Source: Rhodosorus marinus CCMP1338 (lineage: Eukaryota; Plantae; Rhodophyta). From it: DNA of 64,000 nucleotides. Every line of letters starts with the position of its first letter. Within the stretch, counting starts at the first letter, position 1. The DNA is taken from positions 2,480,001 through 2,544,000 of the forward strand of contig JAMWBK010000003.1 of assembly GCA_029953675.1 (NCBI GenBank), written 5' to 3'. The notes under the pieces are model-generated. The model did no database searches and had not been told where the DNA came from. It saw only the letters and a program-made list of their open reading frames with translations. The position numbers and the translations under genes were made by a program. Shown one piece after another: positions 1 through 13,189 of the stretch.

Positions 1-509
1 CTCGACGATTTGTGAAATGCAAATTGTTGATCTGTGAACGCTCGAAGCCCGTCAGGCGCCCACCACCGCGATGCTGAGTAAAGTCAGTCAGTAAATGGGC
101 TTTTTACCGGCTGCAGCTGTGAGGTGCGGTCCAGAATTCACACCCCTGGACCGCGTTCATGCGTCTTCTCCATCATCATGTAGCCACCTATCCAAAAGGT
201 GAACAAGTAGTAGCTCTCATCGTCCTGAGATTCCACGTACCCGAACTTTCAGAGCTGCTCGTCGGCCTAAGAGGGAAATGGAGTGCGGAGCAGTTTGGAC
301 ATTCTCCGGAATCCGACTGTTGCCAATCCAGGCAGAACGAGCGTCCAAGGAGCACAATGGTTACGGCTTTTGCGTTCGTTGCCTTTGTGTAGGCGACCTC
401 GGTCAACAGATTCTGAAATATGACTGTACTTTCCGAGAATTTAGTTATGATACACATGCGAACCAGCTTTCTACATACGAACAAAAAGGTGCTATCAACA
501 GTTAAAATA

Positions 510-968
510 TTAGTTCACAGTCAAACTTCGCTCCTTCCTCTTGTCTGCCTTCATGGCTTCAACTCTCTGCTCTGAGCGCCTGTGGGAACGCTTATGGCAA
601 GATAAGCTCGACCTCCACTTGAACCGTCTCGAGCAGCCCGGGAACGGACATTCATACGGGTCATCTCCAGAGTGAAAACGGATGTGATCCTTCAAATACG
701 ATTCTTTTAGAAAGCTTTTCGTACATCCCTCCTTCGGGCAGACAAATCTTTTCCGCCTGGGTACCAACAGGGTCTCCTTTGAAACGGAAGGAGGACCCCC
801 ACTCTCGCTAAGTCTCTCCACGGCAAAATCACAGAGAAACGAAATATCCATCTTCGATGCCTGTTTCCTTGAGGCAACCACGGCCATGTATTGCCGTTCC
901 TCCTCTAGCAACGGCGACGAGGCCATACCCTGCGCTTCCTGCTTCGCGCTAACCAATACCGACATCAT
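510..968 (-). CDS. C2H2 zinc-finger protein (2 fingers), intronless; first ATG at 968 (the ORF track starts at TTG 1061)
   Basis: FVCPKEGCTKSFLKESYLKDHIRFH-SGDDPY-ECPFPGCSRRFKWRSSLSCHKRSH: two C-x4-C-x12-H-x3-H fingers with a TGEKP-like linker. Confidence 0.9.
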   Translation of the reverse strand: MMSVLVSAKQEAQGMASSPLLEEERQYMAVVASRKQASKMDISFLCDFAVERLSESGGPPSVSKETLLVPRRKRFVCPKEGCTKSFLKESYLKDHIRFHSGDDPYECPFPGCSRRFKWRSSLSCHKRSHRRSEQRVEAMKADKRKERSLTVN

Positions 969-2399
969 TCCTTCACAACCCGAATCTCCCCGCTTCCTCC
1001 CTACTACCCCTTCCTCAGTCAACCTCTCCTCCAACACCTCCCCGCCATCCCCCGCCCACAAGCCTCTGGATAATCCTGCTTAATAGAGAAACTGGCAAAA
1101 ACAGTTACGCTGTACAAAACACATTAATTCATTGTCCCTTTTGTCACGACTGAACCTCGGTTACAACCAAATCACTCCAGCAAATTATTAACCGGAGAGA
1201 AGTCGTCCCGGCGATTTGAGCACGAGCAAGCTGTATGAGTGTATCACTAATTTTTCTTCCCTCATTCTGTACCTACGCCAACACTGCAAACAGTTGGGCC
1301 GCGTGATTTCCGGGCCCCCCTCAAACTATAAAATAATAAAGAAAAATCCAAGAAGCCAGCCAATGACGCCTCAGAGAACTTGTCTTACAATTGAAATACG
1401 AGGAAGAAAGATCTAGTACTGAAATTTTGGTATTTTCTGTGGTTTGATTGATTGGTTTGCGCACGTACACAACCCCCCCTTCCTTCGTTAAGGGGATGTA
1501 CGACAAATATTAAATAATAGTCATATTATATATATATTTCTTTTCTATTTTATTCTGAAGCGTGGAAATTGTTGTTTTAGAAATCCCTTCAAAAATATGG
1601 ATTGAGATTTTTAGACGCAACAGTTGAGACGTCATCCTATCGAACAGGATCACACAAGTTTTGGTTTAAGCAAAACTTATGCTCCAGTCAGCCCCGTGGA
1701 AGGGGGTTTGTATCAGTACAGGTGGAATGCGGGGGTTGGGTAGAAAATTTTCTCTCCAGCACATCATGACGACGACCACTTACTATATCCACTTGAATTC
1801 CGCTCAAATGTAAAGGGTCAAAAATTGTTCCAAAAACTGAAGACGACAGAGGTGTCCGGGTCAAGAATCCCCTGTTTGTACAAAAAAAAACAACTCATCA
1901 CGGTATATTTTCACGGGCGAATAGGCTCTTCCCGCATCGATAAAAAATAGCTAAATAACAGAAAAAAGTTCCCCTACTCCAGAAACTACCATCGTCTTTC
2001 TCAACGGGGTAGTTGCTGCCGCAGCCCCTCTTGCTTTCTGCTTTTTCGGCTCGGTTACCCCCTCTATCCATTTTGGGATTTCAACCGGATTATCGGGTAA
2101 ATCACTCACCCTGCGAATCTCATTGAAACTTAAAAAACACTTTCAAAAAACAGAATACTGTGCTGTCCGAGCGCAGACCTCTAGCACACGTACAATTCTT
2201 GAAACTCCTCAGATGTACGTTGCGAGAAAGTCCGCAACATTCGAGAAAAATTCCCCCCCCAAAATTCCCGTGGAACATGTGTTTCAATTACCTTAATGGA
2301 GAAAAAAAGTCCGAAGAAACGGGCTAGATTGGGGCCATCCCCCCCCCTGACAAGAAAATACAAGTTACTAGGCCTATAGGCTTGTGCCGTTAACCTACA

Positions 2400-3900
2400 T
2401 GCGTCCACACTCACCGGTCATTTCGAGGAGCAAACCAGCTGTACTTGATGAACGTCCGAAAGTCTACGTTTGGACATTGCGCCTTGGCCAAAGAAAGGAA
2501 ATAAATATTTTGTAAAACCAAGTACGTGTTTGCCCTTGGTAGAAGGGTGTCCACTGTCATTACCTCCACTCTCCACTCATTCAATGTGCACAATGTACAC
2601 AGCCGAAGAAAAAGTACTCTTTCCACAGGGCACCATTGAAACGGACCTTTTTGGGGGTATTCTTCGAGCGAGTACGCCCTGACTGGAAAAATTTGGAGCG
2701 TAACTGTCATGTAGTGATCGCAAGATTTTGTCTGCTTTCTTGTATTGAATCTTCTTCTACGGTTTTCGAAGTCGCTGGTCTTGCAAGGTTATGAGTAAGA
2801 ACTGTCCCTGGGGGTGACTATTGGTCATATCCTAGTTTCAAACGAACTACGTGGACATGTTGCACCCAAGCTCCAGTTTTCATTTTCTGGGACGCGGTGG
2901 GAAAACCACACGTATCCTTTCGGGCATATTTTTTTGCCGGTGCATCCTCCGTGCATCGCGTGGGTGAAGAGGCATGGGGTGACGCACGCCTCAACACCCT
3001 CGACTCCAGGTGGCGCTTGTAAATCACGCACCACAGACACCCTGACCTCGAACGACGAGATAGGAACGGAACAGGTTTCTGAGTAGGGGCCTAGCACTTT
3101 TATTTGTGGCTGTAACTGTGGAGTGACCTTGTCTCTACATGGATTCACTGCTTCTTGAGAGTAACTGGGAGGACTCGTCACCGGCCAACTCGCTCGCGCT
3201 CGCTCCCACTAGCTTTTTGGACATGACGCAGACGATAGCAAATTTGCTAACTGCAACGTGGAAGTGTAAAGGCGACCGGGAGGGTCAGATTTTCTGCATG
3301 GCCTCTTGGCTAAGTGCGTCCATCTGGCCGAGCATCTACCAGGCTCGATGATAAGTGACTTAGGCCGTAGAATCGCACGATTGAGTTCGATTGTTCGAGC
3401 GAGTTTTGAAGCCATTTTTCTTATTCCGCGGATCTTGTTCCCTGCCTGCTGGGGAATTTAAATCTCTTCTCAGGTTAGCCTTGTGGCAGAGTTCAACCGT
3501 CTTTACTCTTGAGGCTCGTTCCTTGCGCCCAGTGTAGTCCTTCCTTCTCGAGGCTGTTCGCCTTGCAAAAAGGTCACAGCTCGGGCTGGCTCCACTCGGC
3601 GGAGGACTTGATCTCGTGTACTATGCGCCTTCCAAAGACTACTCTCATACCGCACTGTGTGTGGAAATATTCACTCCAGAGAATCTAGGTTTGCCGATCT
3701 CGCCGCTCTCGTAACCGTGGGTATTCGCCCTCAACTTCTCCCGCCGACGAAACGCTTGTCAACGCCTGTGTAGCCCTCCACCTCTCCGTATCGATTGCAA
3801 CTCGCAAAAGCCCAAATAACCCGATTCTGCAAAAAAAGGGCCTATTGTCAGTTCCAAATTGGCCAAGGGCGCGCACTAACGCCATCTTGCTTCTTCAGCT
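2400..3900 (-). mobile_element. Decayed Ty3/gypsy RT and RNase H connection fragment
   Basis: Degenerate motifs in the expected order across frames: IELNRAILRPKSLIIE..SARW (cf. YRxLNxxTxxDxYPLP); CSVPISSFEVRVSVVRDL (cf. NAPxxFQRxMxxVLRDL); YVWFSHRV (cf. VxFLGHxV); KGPFQWCPVERVLF (cf. KxxxFxWxxExExAF). Boundaries approximate. Confidence 0.5.
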
Positions 3901-6356
3901 TACTCTCCCAAATACATAAATCAGTCAATGAAACCATATCTATCAATCATTACCCTCCACCCCCCCCTTCTTCTCGTGAAGGGAAGTGTACTGGAGGTTA
4001 GCTCCGCTAGCTCCACTAACCAATGATGCATGCGTTGGTCCAATTATCACGCAATATTTTTGAATTGTGTCCAATAGAACTATCGTACGCGGATGCATAC
4101 GTGAGGGTTTATCTCCTTAGAATGTGGGCATTACGCCCAAGCCGACTAGGAAGACTTCCTTGGTTCATGATTTGGTGGGAATACGAGAGAAAAAAAGTAA
4201 TCTGTGAAGGGTCCGCCGGAAGAGGCAGAAGACTCCATACAGCGTCGAATGTACAGACCGGTGGACGCTCTATCTGAGAGTGCTCGAAAACACGCGTGGG
4301 GGGGGGGGGATGTACGCAATTCTCTACCGTTCGGTTTTTTCTACCCAATATCAAAAAGACATTTGAATATAACATGAGGTTTTTCAGTCAACCACAACTG
4401 GTGTCCACCGTCTTTTTGAGACTTTTTCAGATGCGATTAAAAAGCAGAAGAAAAAAGTTCTCTTTTTCCTGACCTGCAGAGAGGAGCTTTAGGAGGTTTG
4501 GTAGTACGTGAGAAGGGGGAAGGTGATGGTGTGTGGAAGCCATATGATTTGATGGCTTTTTTTAGTGTGTCGATTAATTAATTGAAAGGGGAAAAGATTG
4601 GTTTTCAACTCATGACTTGCGTCGTCGGCATGCAATAGGTTTTCACTGTTTTGGAAGTTCACTAAAAATAATTGGGAGAATGTACTGATAGATATACGAT
4701 TATTTTTTCGCTGATCGATAGTGCATCACGTCATTTCTCCCCACTCGTCGCGGGAGCTTAGTTTAGCCACTCCAGCAAAAACGCTTTGCCTAGTGATAAT
4801 CTCCGTGCAATAGTCCCGCCACCGCTCCCCTCCCGCTCTTCCTCATCCTCTTTGTTTCATTTATATTTTCGTCTTATTTTCGTATTATGGCCTACTTCAA
4901 CCGGAGCCTCGAGCCGTCGTTTCTATTTCTTGGAAGGCCAACCAGCCCTGTTGATACTCTGTTAGGAGGAACAACCTTAATCTATACCAGCATTATAAAT
5001 GGAGGAAATTCCGGTCCCTCATTCCTTAAGAGAAGCGAGCGGGTTCTTACCCACCAGCTCTTCGATCGGAAAAACATTAAAAGAAAAAGACGCAATTATA
5101 TGCTTCCCCAATTCGTCCCATAGAAAGATGGTCTTGGAATTCTTATTTTTGTTCAGGTTTGATTTCCAGCAGGGATACGCGGTAACACTGCTTTTTCTCA
5201 AAAACATTTAAACGAACCGTTTGGCGCCGTCGACGTTGGTGGTACTTGGGAGAAAATTTTGGACATATCCCTAAATTTTAGTAGCTGGAAGCTTTGAAAT
5301 TTATATTTGTTTCCAGGTACAGCGGGAGTGGAAAACAGCAGAAACCTGTTGCGTCCTTACTGAACTGCTCCGAAATCCCGACTTCACACGGAGGTTTTAC
5401 TAAGCTGCTCTCACTCCCGACTGGTACGACCGCGCTATTCTGGCTTCAAACGTTTCGTACAGATCGGTTGAATCGGAGGCTTAGCTCCATGAACGAGTTA
5501 CGTAGGAAGGGCACAGAGAGCGCGCCGCCACCCCAAATCTGGCGGTCAAATCTGGCGGTCAAATCCGGCAGCTAATCCCCCAAAATCCAGATCCTCCTTT
5601 TTGGGTTTTGTTTCGTTGGTACAGTTTTTACATTCGGCTGCAGTTCAGTGTGTCACGGCACCCGTTTACTGAACACCGGGTGCGGGCCTTCAGTAAGTTC
5701 TCGTGTTTCTCCTTTTGTATCCTCGTTCGTGACCTTATTCCTAGTGGTGTTAGCCGGTGCTTTACTGGACGTTGAGTTGGTCACACTATACATTTTGGAA
5801 TAAGCAGACATTTGGGATGGAAGGCGAGCATAGTGTCCACAGTTGCTTTTCGGCGTTCACGCTATTCTGGACACTGCGGGAAAAGCCTATTTTTCTGGAA
5901 ATGGCCCTTCCTAGATGTGCCCTCCTTCGAAACTGCGTACTGCGTTTGAGCGGTGGGTATTGAATGCCACTGAATAGAACAAGACACAGAACGCACCTGC
6001 CTCGAATGGCGAGACAGGAAAAGCGAAAAGCCCTAAACCTTGGCTGTCTTGGAGAGGGGAGAGCGACTTTCCCCATGTGCATTGGCCTGAGCGCAACTAA
6101 GGCCATGTTGGCTTTCAGGTTGTTCAGCCTCGCGTGGATATCCACAGGTTCCTCTCAAGCGTGAAAATCTTACGATAAGAATGGAATTCGCGTGGTGTAT
6201 AGGAGGAGGTCTGACTTTTCGTCGTCATATTGCGAAACACAAACTGCAACCAACTCAGTAGTATATTTGACCAACGGAAAAGGATGCGACACTAAGCACA
6301 AAACAAGTGCCGGATCAGATCTGAAGAAGCCTCGATCAGCGTCAACTCCGTGTCTC

Positions 6357-7140
6357 AATCAGTGTTTCAATCAGTGTTTCGATTTTGAGCTTAGTGAACT
6401 CAAAAGGCTAGCCGCGCAGTGAAGTTGAAGCCCAGCATTGGTTCAGTTCCCAAAACACTGGAGAGCGCGAGTCTGTATAGAACAGCGAACTCGAAACCTC
6501 AAATACGTGAAGGGTCCGTAGGGAGAACAGGAGACTGCGTACAACGTCCTACGCTACAAAGCCGCCAAGCGTTGATCATTGTTTCGACCTAGTGTTTCAA
6601 TCAGTGTTTTAATCAGTGTTTCAATCAGTGTTTCAATCAGTGTTTCAATCAGTGTTTCAATCAGTGTTTCAATCAGTGTTTCAATCAGTGTTTCAATCAG
6701 TGTTTCAATCAGTGTTTCAATCAGTGTTTCAATCAGTGTTTTAATCAGTGTTTCAATCAGTGTTTCAATCAGTGTTTTAATCAGTGTTTCAATCAGTGTT
6801 TCAATCAGTGTTTCAATCAGTGTTCATTCAGTGTTCAATCAGTGTTTCGATTTTGAGTTTGTAGAATTATTGGTTACTGAACTGTACTCAGATGCTAGCC
6901 GTGCAATGTAGATGAAGCCCAGCCTTGGTTCAGTTCCCAAGACACTGAACGGTGTCCGGGGCACTCAAGAGTCCTCCGGTTGCGTTCTTTGTCCGGTCTC
7001 TGGATGTCTCGTTTTGATCGTGAGTACAGGTGGAGTGCATAAGTCTGTATAGAACCGCGAACCTGAAACCTCATATACGTAAAAGGTCCATAGGGCGAAC
7101 AGGAGACTGCATACAATGTCCAATGTCCTACGCAACAAGC
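6357..7140 (+). repeat. Diverged direct duplication of a retroelement segment (about 6380-6570 vs about 6848-7140)
   Basis: Shared blocks: cgattttgag; gaagcccagc(a/c)ttggttcagttcccaa(a/g)acactg; gtctgtatagaac; gaacaggagactgc(g/a)tacaa. Confidence 0.85.
6591..6849 (+). repeat. 12-bp minisatellite (AGTGTTTCAATC)n, about 22 copies
   Basis: 19 consecutive 12-mers at 6591-6818 (a few TTTTAATC variants), then two 11-nt variants and a partial unit. Two to three more units lie at about 6357-6380. Confidence 0.97.
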
Positions 7141-8999
7141 CCTCCCTGCTCTATGCGGAGATTGCCGCTGACGCTCTGAGAAGACTCCCTGCGGGTTCCG
7201 GTAAGACAGGAAGACAGCAAGCGTGAATCTCCAGAGAGCAATTTGTGGGGTTGGAAAAGGGCGTTGGGCAGGACCAAATCTGTTTCGACGTACACCAGCA
7301 CTTCGAATTCCCTCAAATCGTTTTTTCTCTTGAATGAGGTTGCTGCCAAGGACAAAAGAAAATGACGACAGTTATTTCAGGTGCTAGGAGCTCAATGCCT
7401 GCTAAGGCCTAGCACGTACTGCTGCATGTATCCATTGCGTTCCCGCACGAGGTTGCAAGGAACTAAGCGGAGGATGGGCTTGCCTAGACAGGAAACTGGT
7501 GTCCAAGCCGCACGTTTCGAGGCTGCAAAACATATGAAATCAACAAGGAAAAACGGCCAAGATCCAGATCTTGTATTCCAGTAGCCCACCTCCAGGTTCG
7601 TCAGCGTGGACGAGGACAAAAAGAAATCCAAGGAAGCCAGGTGCTAACACGGAGGGTGCCCCTGAATACTCGGGAACTACGGCAGGGGGACACAAGCCAA
7701 GTACGCTCTTCAAGATCTTTTGTACGGGTTCCCGACGTCTGTTGAATCAAGCCCCTCGCAACGAACAGGGACCTCTTCAAAAAAAAACAAAAACCAACGC
7801 GTACGCTCCGGTGTGCCCTCATTTCTTTATCCCCATCCTTTTTCTGGCGAGACCGTGAATTCTATCTGGCTAGGCCGGAATGGCTTCGTAAGCGATTCTT
7901 TCAGTGGGTCTGAAGCGGCGTTGCGGTACCGCTGATTTGGCATGAACTGCGTAGTAGGGAATAGGGCTAGCATTTGCGGCTGTGCGTGTGAGTTGATGCG
8001 AGCGAAGCGGGCTGATAATCCCGAAATCGAAACTGCGCGTCCGTGTGTCCTGGGTGGATCGTCTGGGTTCCTCTGTTGTAGTGGCTCGGTCTCATTCATG
8101 GTGCTCAGTTCCTGGAGTGCGTTTGTGGTTGACAGTGAAGTTATCGACGGCTTCGAAGCCTTAGTATTCAATTAGCCGGGCTACAGCCCTCATGAGTTCA
8201 TAGTAGCGATCTTTCGTAGCCGAGTAGAACGGGGAGAGCGAACAGCGGGGTCGGGTGGCGCTCGAAGCACTTGGCGGATACCGGCCATGGCATTGGTCAG
8301 GAAACTAGAGAAAGTCACTCCTGTTAAGCAACGAGCAAAAAGCGAGGGATCCTTCTCAACGGGCCAAAAAAAAGAGGCAGGAACAGGCGGTCACAGGAGA
8401 GAGCGTCTCGTACTTCTAGGCGTATGCCAGGAGAAGTCCGCTTCAAGCAGCAGAAGCACAACACGCAATGGAAGTTGGAGGAGTGTCGGGTGCTCTTATA
8501 TTTCACTGGAGACCTCTACAAGAGGTAAACAGCCCGAGAGTCTTGACAAGCCACCAGGAGTTTGGTATGGACATCCATATCCGGAACTTGATTGATGTAA
8601 CAAATATATAATATACAATATACGTTGATTGAGTTGTGGACACCTTTTTACCATATATATATTGTTTGCGATAAAAATAAATACCATACAGCAACGAGTG
8701 CGTAACCCCGGGTTTAGAGCATCAGGGTGGTTTGGCAACTTTCAAATGGTTGCCGGAGAACCACACAATGTAAGGGAGGTTGAGGCCCTGCCACGAGTTG
8801 AGATCCTAGGGGAGCAATTTATTAGCTACTCTGAGTTGATATCATCCATGAAGATTACAACTTTGTTCATAATCACACCACCACCTCCTCCCTCTTCCCC
8901 TTATGCTTTCAGAAGGCGTCGCGACTAGAAGCAGCACCAGGGTCGATAATTCTGCATGCCAACGGATCGCATTCGTCCCCAAGGAGGCTCCGATACCGC

Positions 9000-10100
9000 G
9001 TTGTTCAGTGGCGTGGTTGGCAATGATAATGATTAGCATGGAGATCAGCTCTGGAACTTACAACGGCTTTCTTCTCTTTGCCATACCCCAGACAAATTCC
9101 ATTTCCCTTCGTATTCCGGGGATAAGAACGGATACGAGCTTATCAGTCGGTGAGCGGAGCATATGTTCTACTCGAAAACCAGAGAGACTCGGACCAACTG
9201 TCTCGAAAATAGATCAGACTAGCTTGCACATGTTCCCAAGGGAGACCGGGAATTGAACAGAGAGTCACACCTCATGGTGTGGGTTCACCCCTAGCCGTCG
9301 TATTCAACCCCTTGGATGACCAACTACTATCGTTCAAGAATACGTCTGCTTGGAACTCACATCGCCCCGTCTCCCTTGAGCCGGAAGAGTTGCTCCATGC
9401 CTCTCACTGCACCCCACAGCTAAAGTAAAGCGGGAAAACTGTCCGGACCAGCTTCAAGAGCTCCGGCAAACGTGGACCTCCAAAAACGGGTCAAGAACAC
9501 AGTGATCTTCCTCGTCCTCTGGGATGCGATGTTGAATTCGGATTTTACCCAAATCGCTTGGCTATATCGATTTGTTGCTAAGGGCTTGTCTCCAAACGCT
9601 ACGACGACAAGAGCTCCGAGGCGGGGCATTTATTGACCTGGGCGATTGTGGGCAAGATGCTTATACCTATTTTGTCGCTCAACAACCAATTGCCACGAAA
9701 CACTCGCTCTATTTCCTCAACAACAGCAGGGGACTGTAGAAGGACGTTTTCTCCACTCGAGCGTGGACGTTAAAGAGCTCGTCACCAGACATGCACAGCT
9801 CGACGGAAAGCGGAGCACGAAGATATTCCTTTGAATGACGGAATAACCGGCAGGAGTTGTAAATGCTGTACGAGGGTTTAGAACGCTTGCAAAGGCCTCG
9901 CTCTTCCGGGCAAACAAGTCAAAAGTACTTACAATCCCAACGAGCAGGTCGCTTATCACTGCACGGCCCCTCAGATGGACAATCGGCCGTGCACTGGGAA
10001 TGTGATTATGCCTTTCAACCTTGCTGTAAAAAAATTCTCTAAAATCCTTCTCGGCGATTCTTGACATGCAGCTTGTGTCATTTCGAGAGCCAGCTTTCCA
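9000..10100 (-). mobile_element. Decayed gypsy integrase fragment
   Basis: PAGYSVIQRNIF..FPSS (zinc-binding region), GALVVVAFGDK (cf. ILVVVDRLTK), IASQRTRKITVFLTRFWRS (cf. IVSDRDPRFTSRFWRS). Confidence 0.4.
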
Positions 10101-12299
10101 ACCCCGTTCCCCTTCGCTGGAAAGCTCCAAGATACTGTGAAGAATACTCCGTTCACACTCAAACCACCCCCCCCTCCCTCACCCCATCTACAACAAAAAA
10201 GGGGTCCAGTCCGTCGCGCGACCTAGCCTGAGCTCCGCGGAAATGCACGCTCGTGAAACGTGCTCACCACTCGTCCCCTCTCCTATATTGCACCATCTAG
10301 AGAGAAAAAAGAATACGAAACGATAACGTCATCTTAAGCCCGCATCCACTGACCCAGTCAACATCTCCCTTTTCCGGAGAATCCCCAAGCTAAACGGAAC
10401 GTGCTACCGCAACATATCTTCAGAAGCATTCAAAAAAAGAGGAATTGATTGTACGCATCTAAAGCAAGGACATGTGCATCTAACGCATCGCTCTATAATC
10501 TGGACCACAATCCCCGGCCCAGTCAACTTCTTCTCCAACACAAAAAGGATTAGGGGGACAAATCTCAAATCTCTCCCTGCGTACCCCTTCCCCTTCCCCC
10601 CTCCTCCCCCCCTCTCTCCCGTCAATCAGATACATAGGCAATCAAAAAGCCGTCAGTTCCTATCTGCCATATAGCCTGGCTTTACCCCGCCAACAGTCAA
10701 AACTCTCCCTCACGACCTTTAAGAAATTATCGAGCAGACAGTTCTGACGTTGGGCAAAAAAGATTGCGCAACCGCCCAATCGTGATTACGTAATCCTCCC
10801 TTAACTTTGGCCACGATATTCTGCTTAAGACTGTCCCACAAGCAAAAACCCCCGCCCCAAAAAACCATCGTCGTTAATCCTGATTCTGAATTCCTATCAA
10901 ACGAGGGGAATCGCGTTATTTTCATTTTCAGGTTGCAAAAGCCAATGGATTGCCTTGTAGAGAGGACCGATTGTCATTCTGTCCCCTGATTAGCTGGATG
11001 CCGGACGCGAATTTTAGGTGATCCACAGTGCCCAAATCTGAGAGAAAATCCAAGAACTGCAACGGACTTTGGAGCACGTACTCAATCAATGTAAACTGTA
11101 CACCAACAGCTGTCCGCAATGGTAGTAGTTTCTGGGAGGGATATCTACATTCTTGACTGGGATTCAATCAATATTCCGTATCAGAGGGATCCATTTCTGT
11201 GATGAGCATTCATGTTTTTTAGGATCAACGCTAGTTTTCTTGATTCGAGGGTCGTAGATCGATGGTAAGCAGATAAACGGTGAAGAGCACCCAATGACAA
11301 ATACCGATCGAATCCTCGAACTTGAGGTCCTTTTCAGGATTTCTCGGAATAGTAAAGTTTCAATGCGTAGCAACGGGATGGGACAAGCCCAAGAGTATCA
11401 CAGTTTACAACACATAGGCACCCCTTATCCAAAATCGTCTTTAATGAAGTTGATCGAATGAAAAAAAGATCCATAAATCAAGTACTACCACCCCCTCCCC
11501 TAGGACAGTCCAGTCGTCCCCGATCCCCTGAAAAAGATCCTTACAAAAGCTGATGATTTTCAACCTACCAATTAGAATCCACCAATGTCCCCAGGAAGAA
11601 AAAACAAACTGATCTACAGCGTGAGAAAACCCCCCCCCCCCCCTTCCAGAGGATTTTTTTGTTGATTTCCTTCCCATTGGATTTCTCAAAACGTCATCCA
11701 ATGATATCGACCACGTCTGCATCGTGTCTGCCATCGCTGCCGTTTCATTTTCGTCCAAATCCGGATAAATATCCCCCCTTACGAAGACTCACCCTACTCG
11801 CCGCCACCCCCCCGCTTCTTTCTCAATCTACACATCAGCTGCTCCTTTTTCTGTTCACCAAGTTGATCATCTAAATTCTTCTCCTTTTCATTTTTCATTG
11901 GACATGAGCGAAAACCATAAGTCGAGCACGGACCAATCATCAGTCAGTATGGATTTACTTTTGGTTTTGTAGTTTATTTTCGGCCTGTAAGTATATTCTA
12001 CCATGGACTCATTCATTTTTCCGCGAAAGTTGGGATGGACGTTGCGTATTTCTTTTTCTCGTGATTTTCCATTAGTCCAGCTGTTTTGTGAATGAATGAA
12101 TTTTTTTCTCCGCATCGTCGCGGTGTGAAGTGATTGTTTTGTTTTCTGAGTAGTTTGGTGGGATTGGTAAAGGAGAGCTGTGACTGACGGGTTTGTCAAG
12201 AGGGGGGTGGGAGTAGGGTGGGTGTCGGGGTGGGGTGGGGTGGGCTGGAGTAGGGGTTAAATCGGGGTCGATATTTACCTTGTGCAGTTTGATTTTTGG

Positions 12300-13000
12300 A
12301 GAGAAGAAAGGAAGTAGCTTGTCGCTTCATGTTGAACGCCAAAATAAATCCTCACCCAAAAGGATATGGCAATCTCGGAGAAGGAGCAGCAGACACTGGC
12401 TCAACAAAAGGACCGATGGCGTTTTACCCTCCTCATCAGAAAAGCCAGCCCGGCTGTCAACAAAGTCTTTGGTGTGGTGGTTACCCTGAAAACTGATGCG
12501 GCATCCTACATTCAGCACACGCTGATAGAAAAAATCTGAATCATCCTCTGCAAGGGGATCTCCATTTTTACGTTAGCTCGTATTCACCTCAAATAGCGCG
12601 TCTGATTCAAGACTGGTAACGGCGCTTTTGAGGTTCAGCCGTTTTCTCACTGTTAACTACGATAATGTCAGCATCTTCCAGGATACTGGCCTCTTGGAAG
12701 ATTGACCCACAGAAGGCGTCCAGTTTCCAATTTCTTTTTGAAATCTTTACCTTCGGACACGTTCTTCAGGGTTGTACTTACTTCATGGATGGGGCATTCA
12801 AGAACTAGTTGTGGGCGACGCGCACCATCTTGCAAAATTTCCCGGTGTCTCCTCGGCAAGTCCCTTGGAGCGATGCTGGGATTGTGCTGGTGCGGTCCCT
12901 CTTCTTGGCAGTGGAGTTCGTGGGGAAACATCCCATATACTTTTAATCTGCTTGACCGCGATTAAAAAAAAAATAAAGTACAAGCATTTTCCAGGTCCAC
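12300..13000 (+). mobile_element. Decayed gypsy RNase H/integrase fragment
   Basis: GYGNLGEG..KGPMAFY (cf. GYGLGAVL..RPIAFY) followed by GRLTHRRRPVSNFFLKSLP (cf. GRLARW..LSEFDF). Confidence 0.35.
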
Positions 13001-13189
13001 TACTGGGCATCACTTCTGTCTTCTGTGGATCGCTCACTAATTTCCGTGCTCCTTAGAGGTCTAAACCATCCAAGCCCTGATCACCCTTTCCGATTTGTGT
13101 TCTTCTGGGCCAAATCATCAAATTCTTTACACCCCGCCCGCGGCTGACTTCACTGTTCACTACAAAACATTGCAACAACATCATCTCCT

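Larger units (their letters stand above)
5700..8200 (-). mobile_element. Decayed Ty3/gypsy pol (linker-RT-RNase H) with an internal duplication and a minisatellite
   Basis: In order on the minus strand: FRPSQIEFTVSPEKG, ARGLIQQTS, RSGSWPFFLVDF (cf. KDGSWRFCVDY), VRERNGYMQ (cf. DLRSGYHQ), ATSFKRKNDLREFEVLVYVETDLVL (degenerate YxDD region), SDPALVLCLVSHPFPL..VAVCVSQYDD..LLYTTR (cf. SAPVLxxPDxxKPF..VGAVLSQ..IAYxSR), GRCVLCLVLFSGIQYPP (cf. GRLARW..IxYxPG). Confidence 0.7.

Noticed and set aside
4887-5123. ORF with faint TPR/Ycf3-like words (AYFNRS, LIYTS)
   Set aside because: Only two short word matches, without TPR helical periodicity.
6579-6911. 110-aa ORF of ISVS repeats; also considered as a CRISPR array or telomeric repeat
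   Set aside because: The ORF is a by-product of a stop-free 12-bp minisatellite. There are no unique spacers, the DNA is eukaryotic, and the unit lacks the G-run typical of telomere repeats.
9971-10162. AKGNGVGKLAL resembling GNAT motif A
   Set aside because: Short ORF without an ATG start or the rest of the fold, overlapping an integrase relic.
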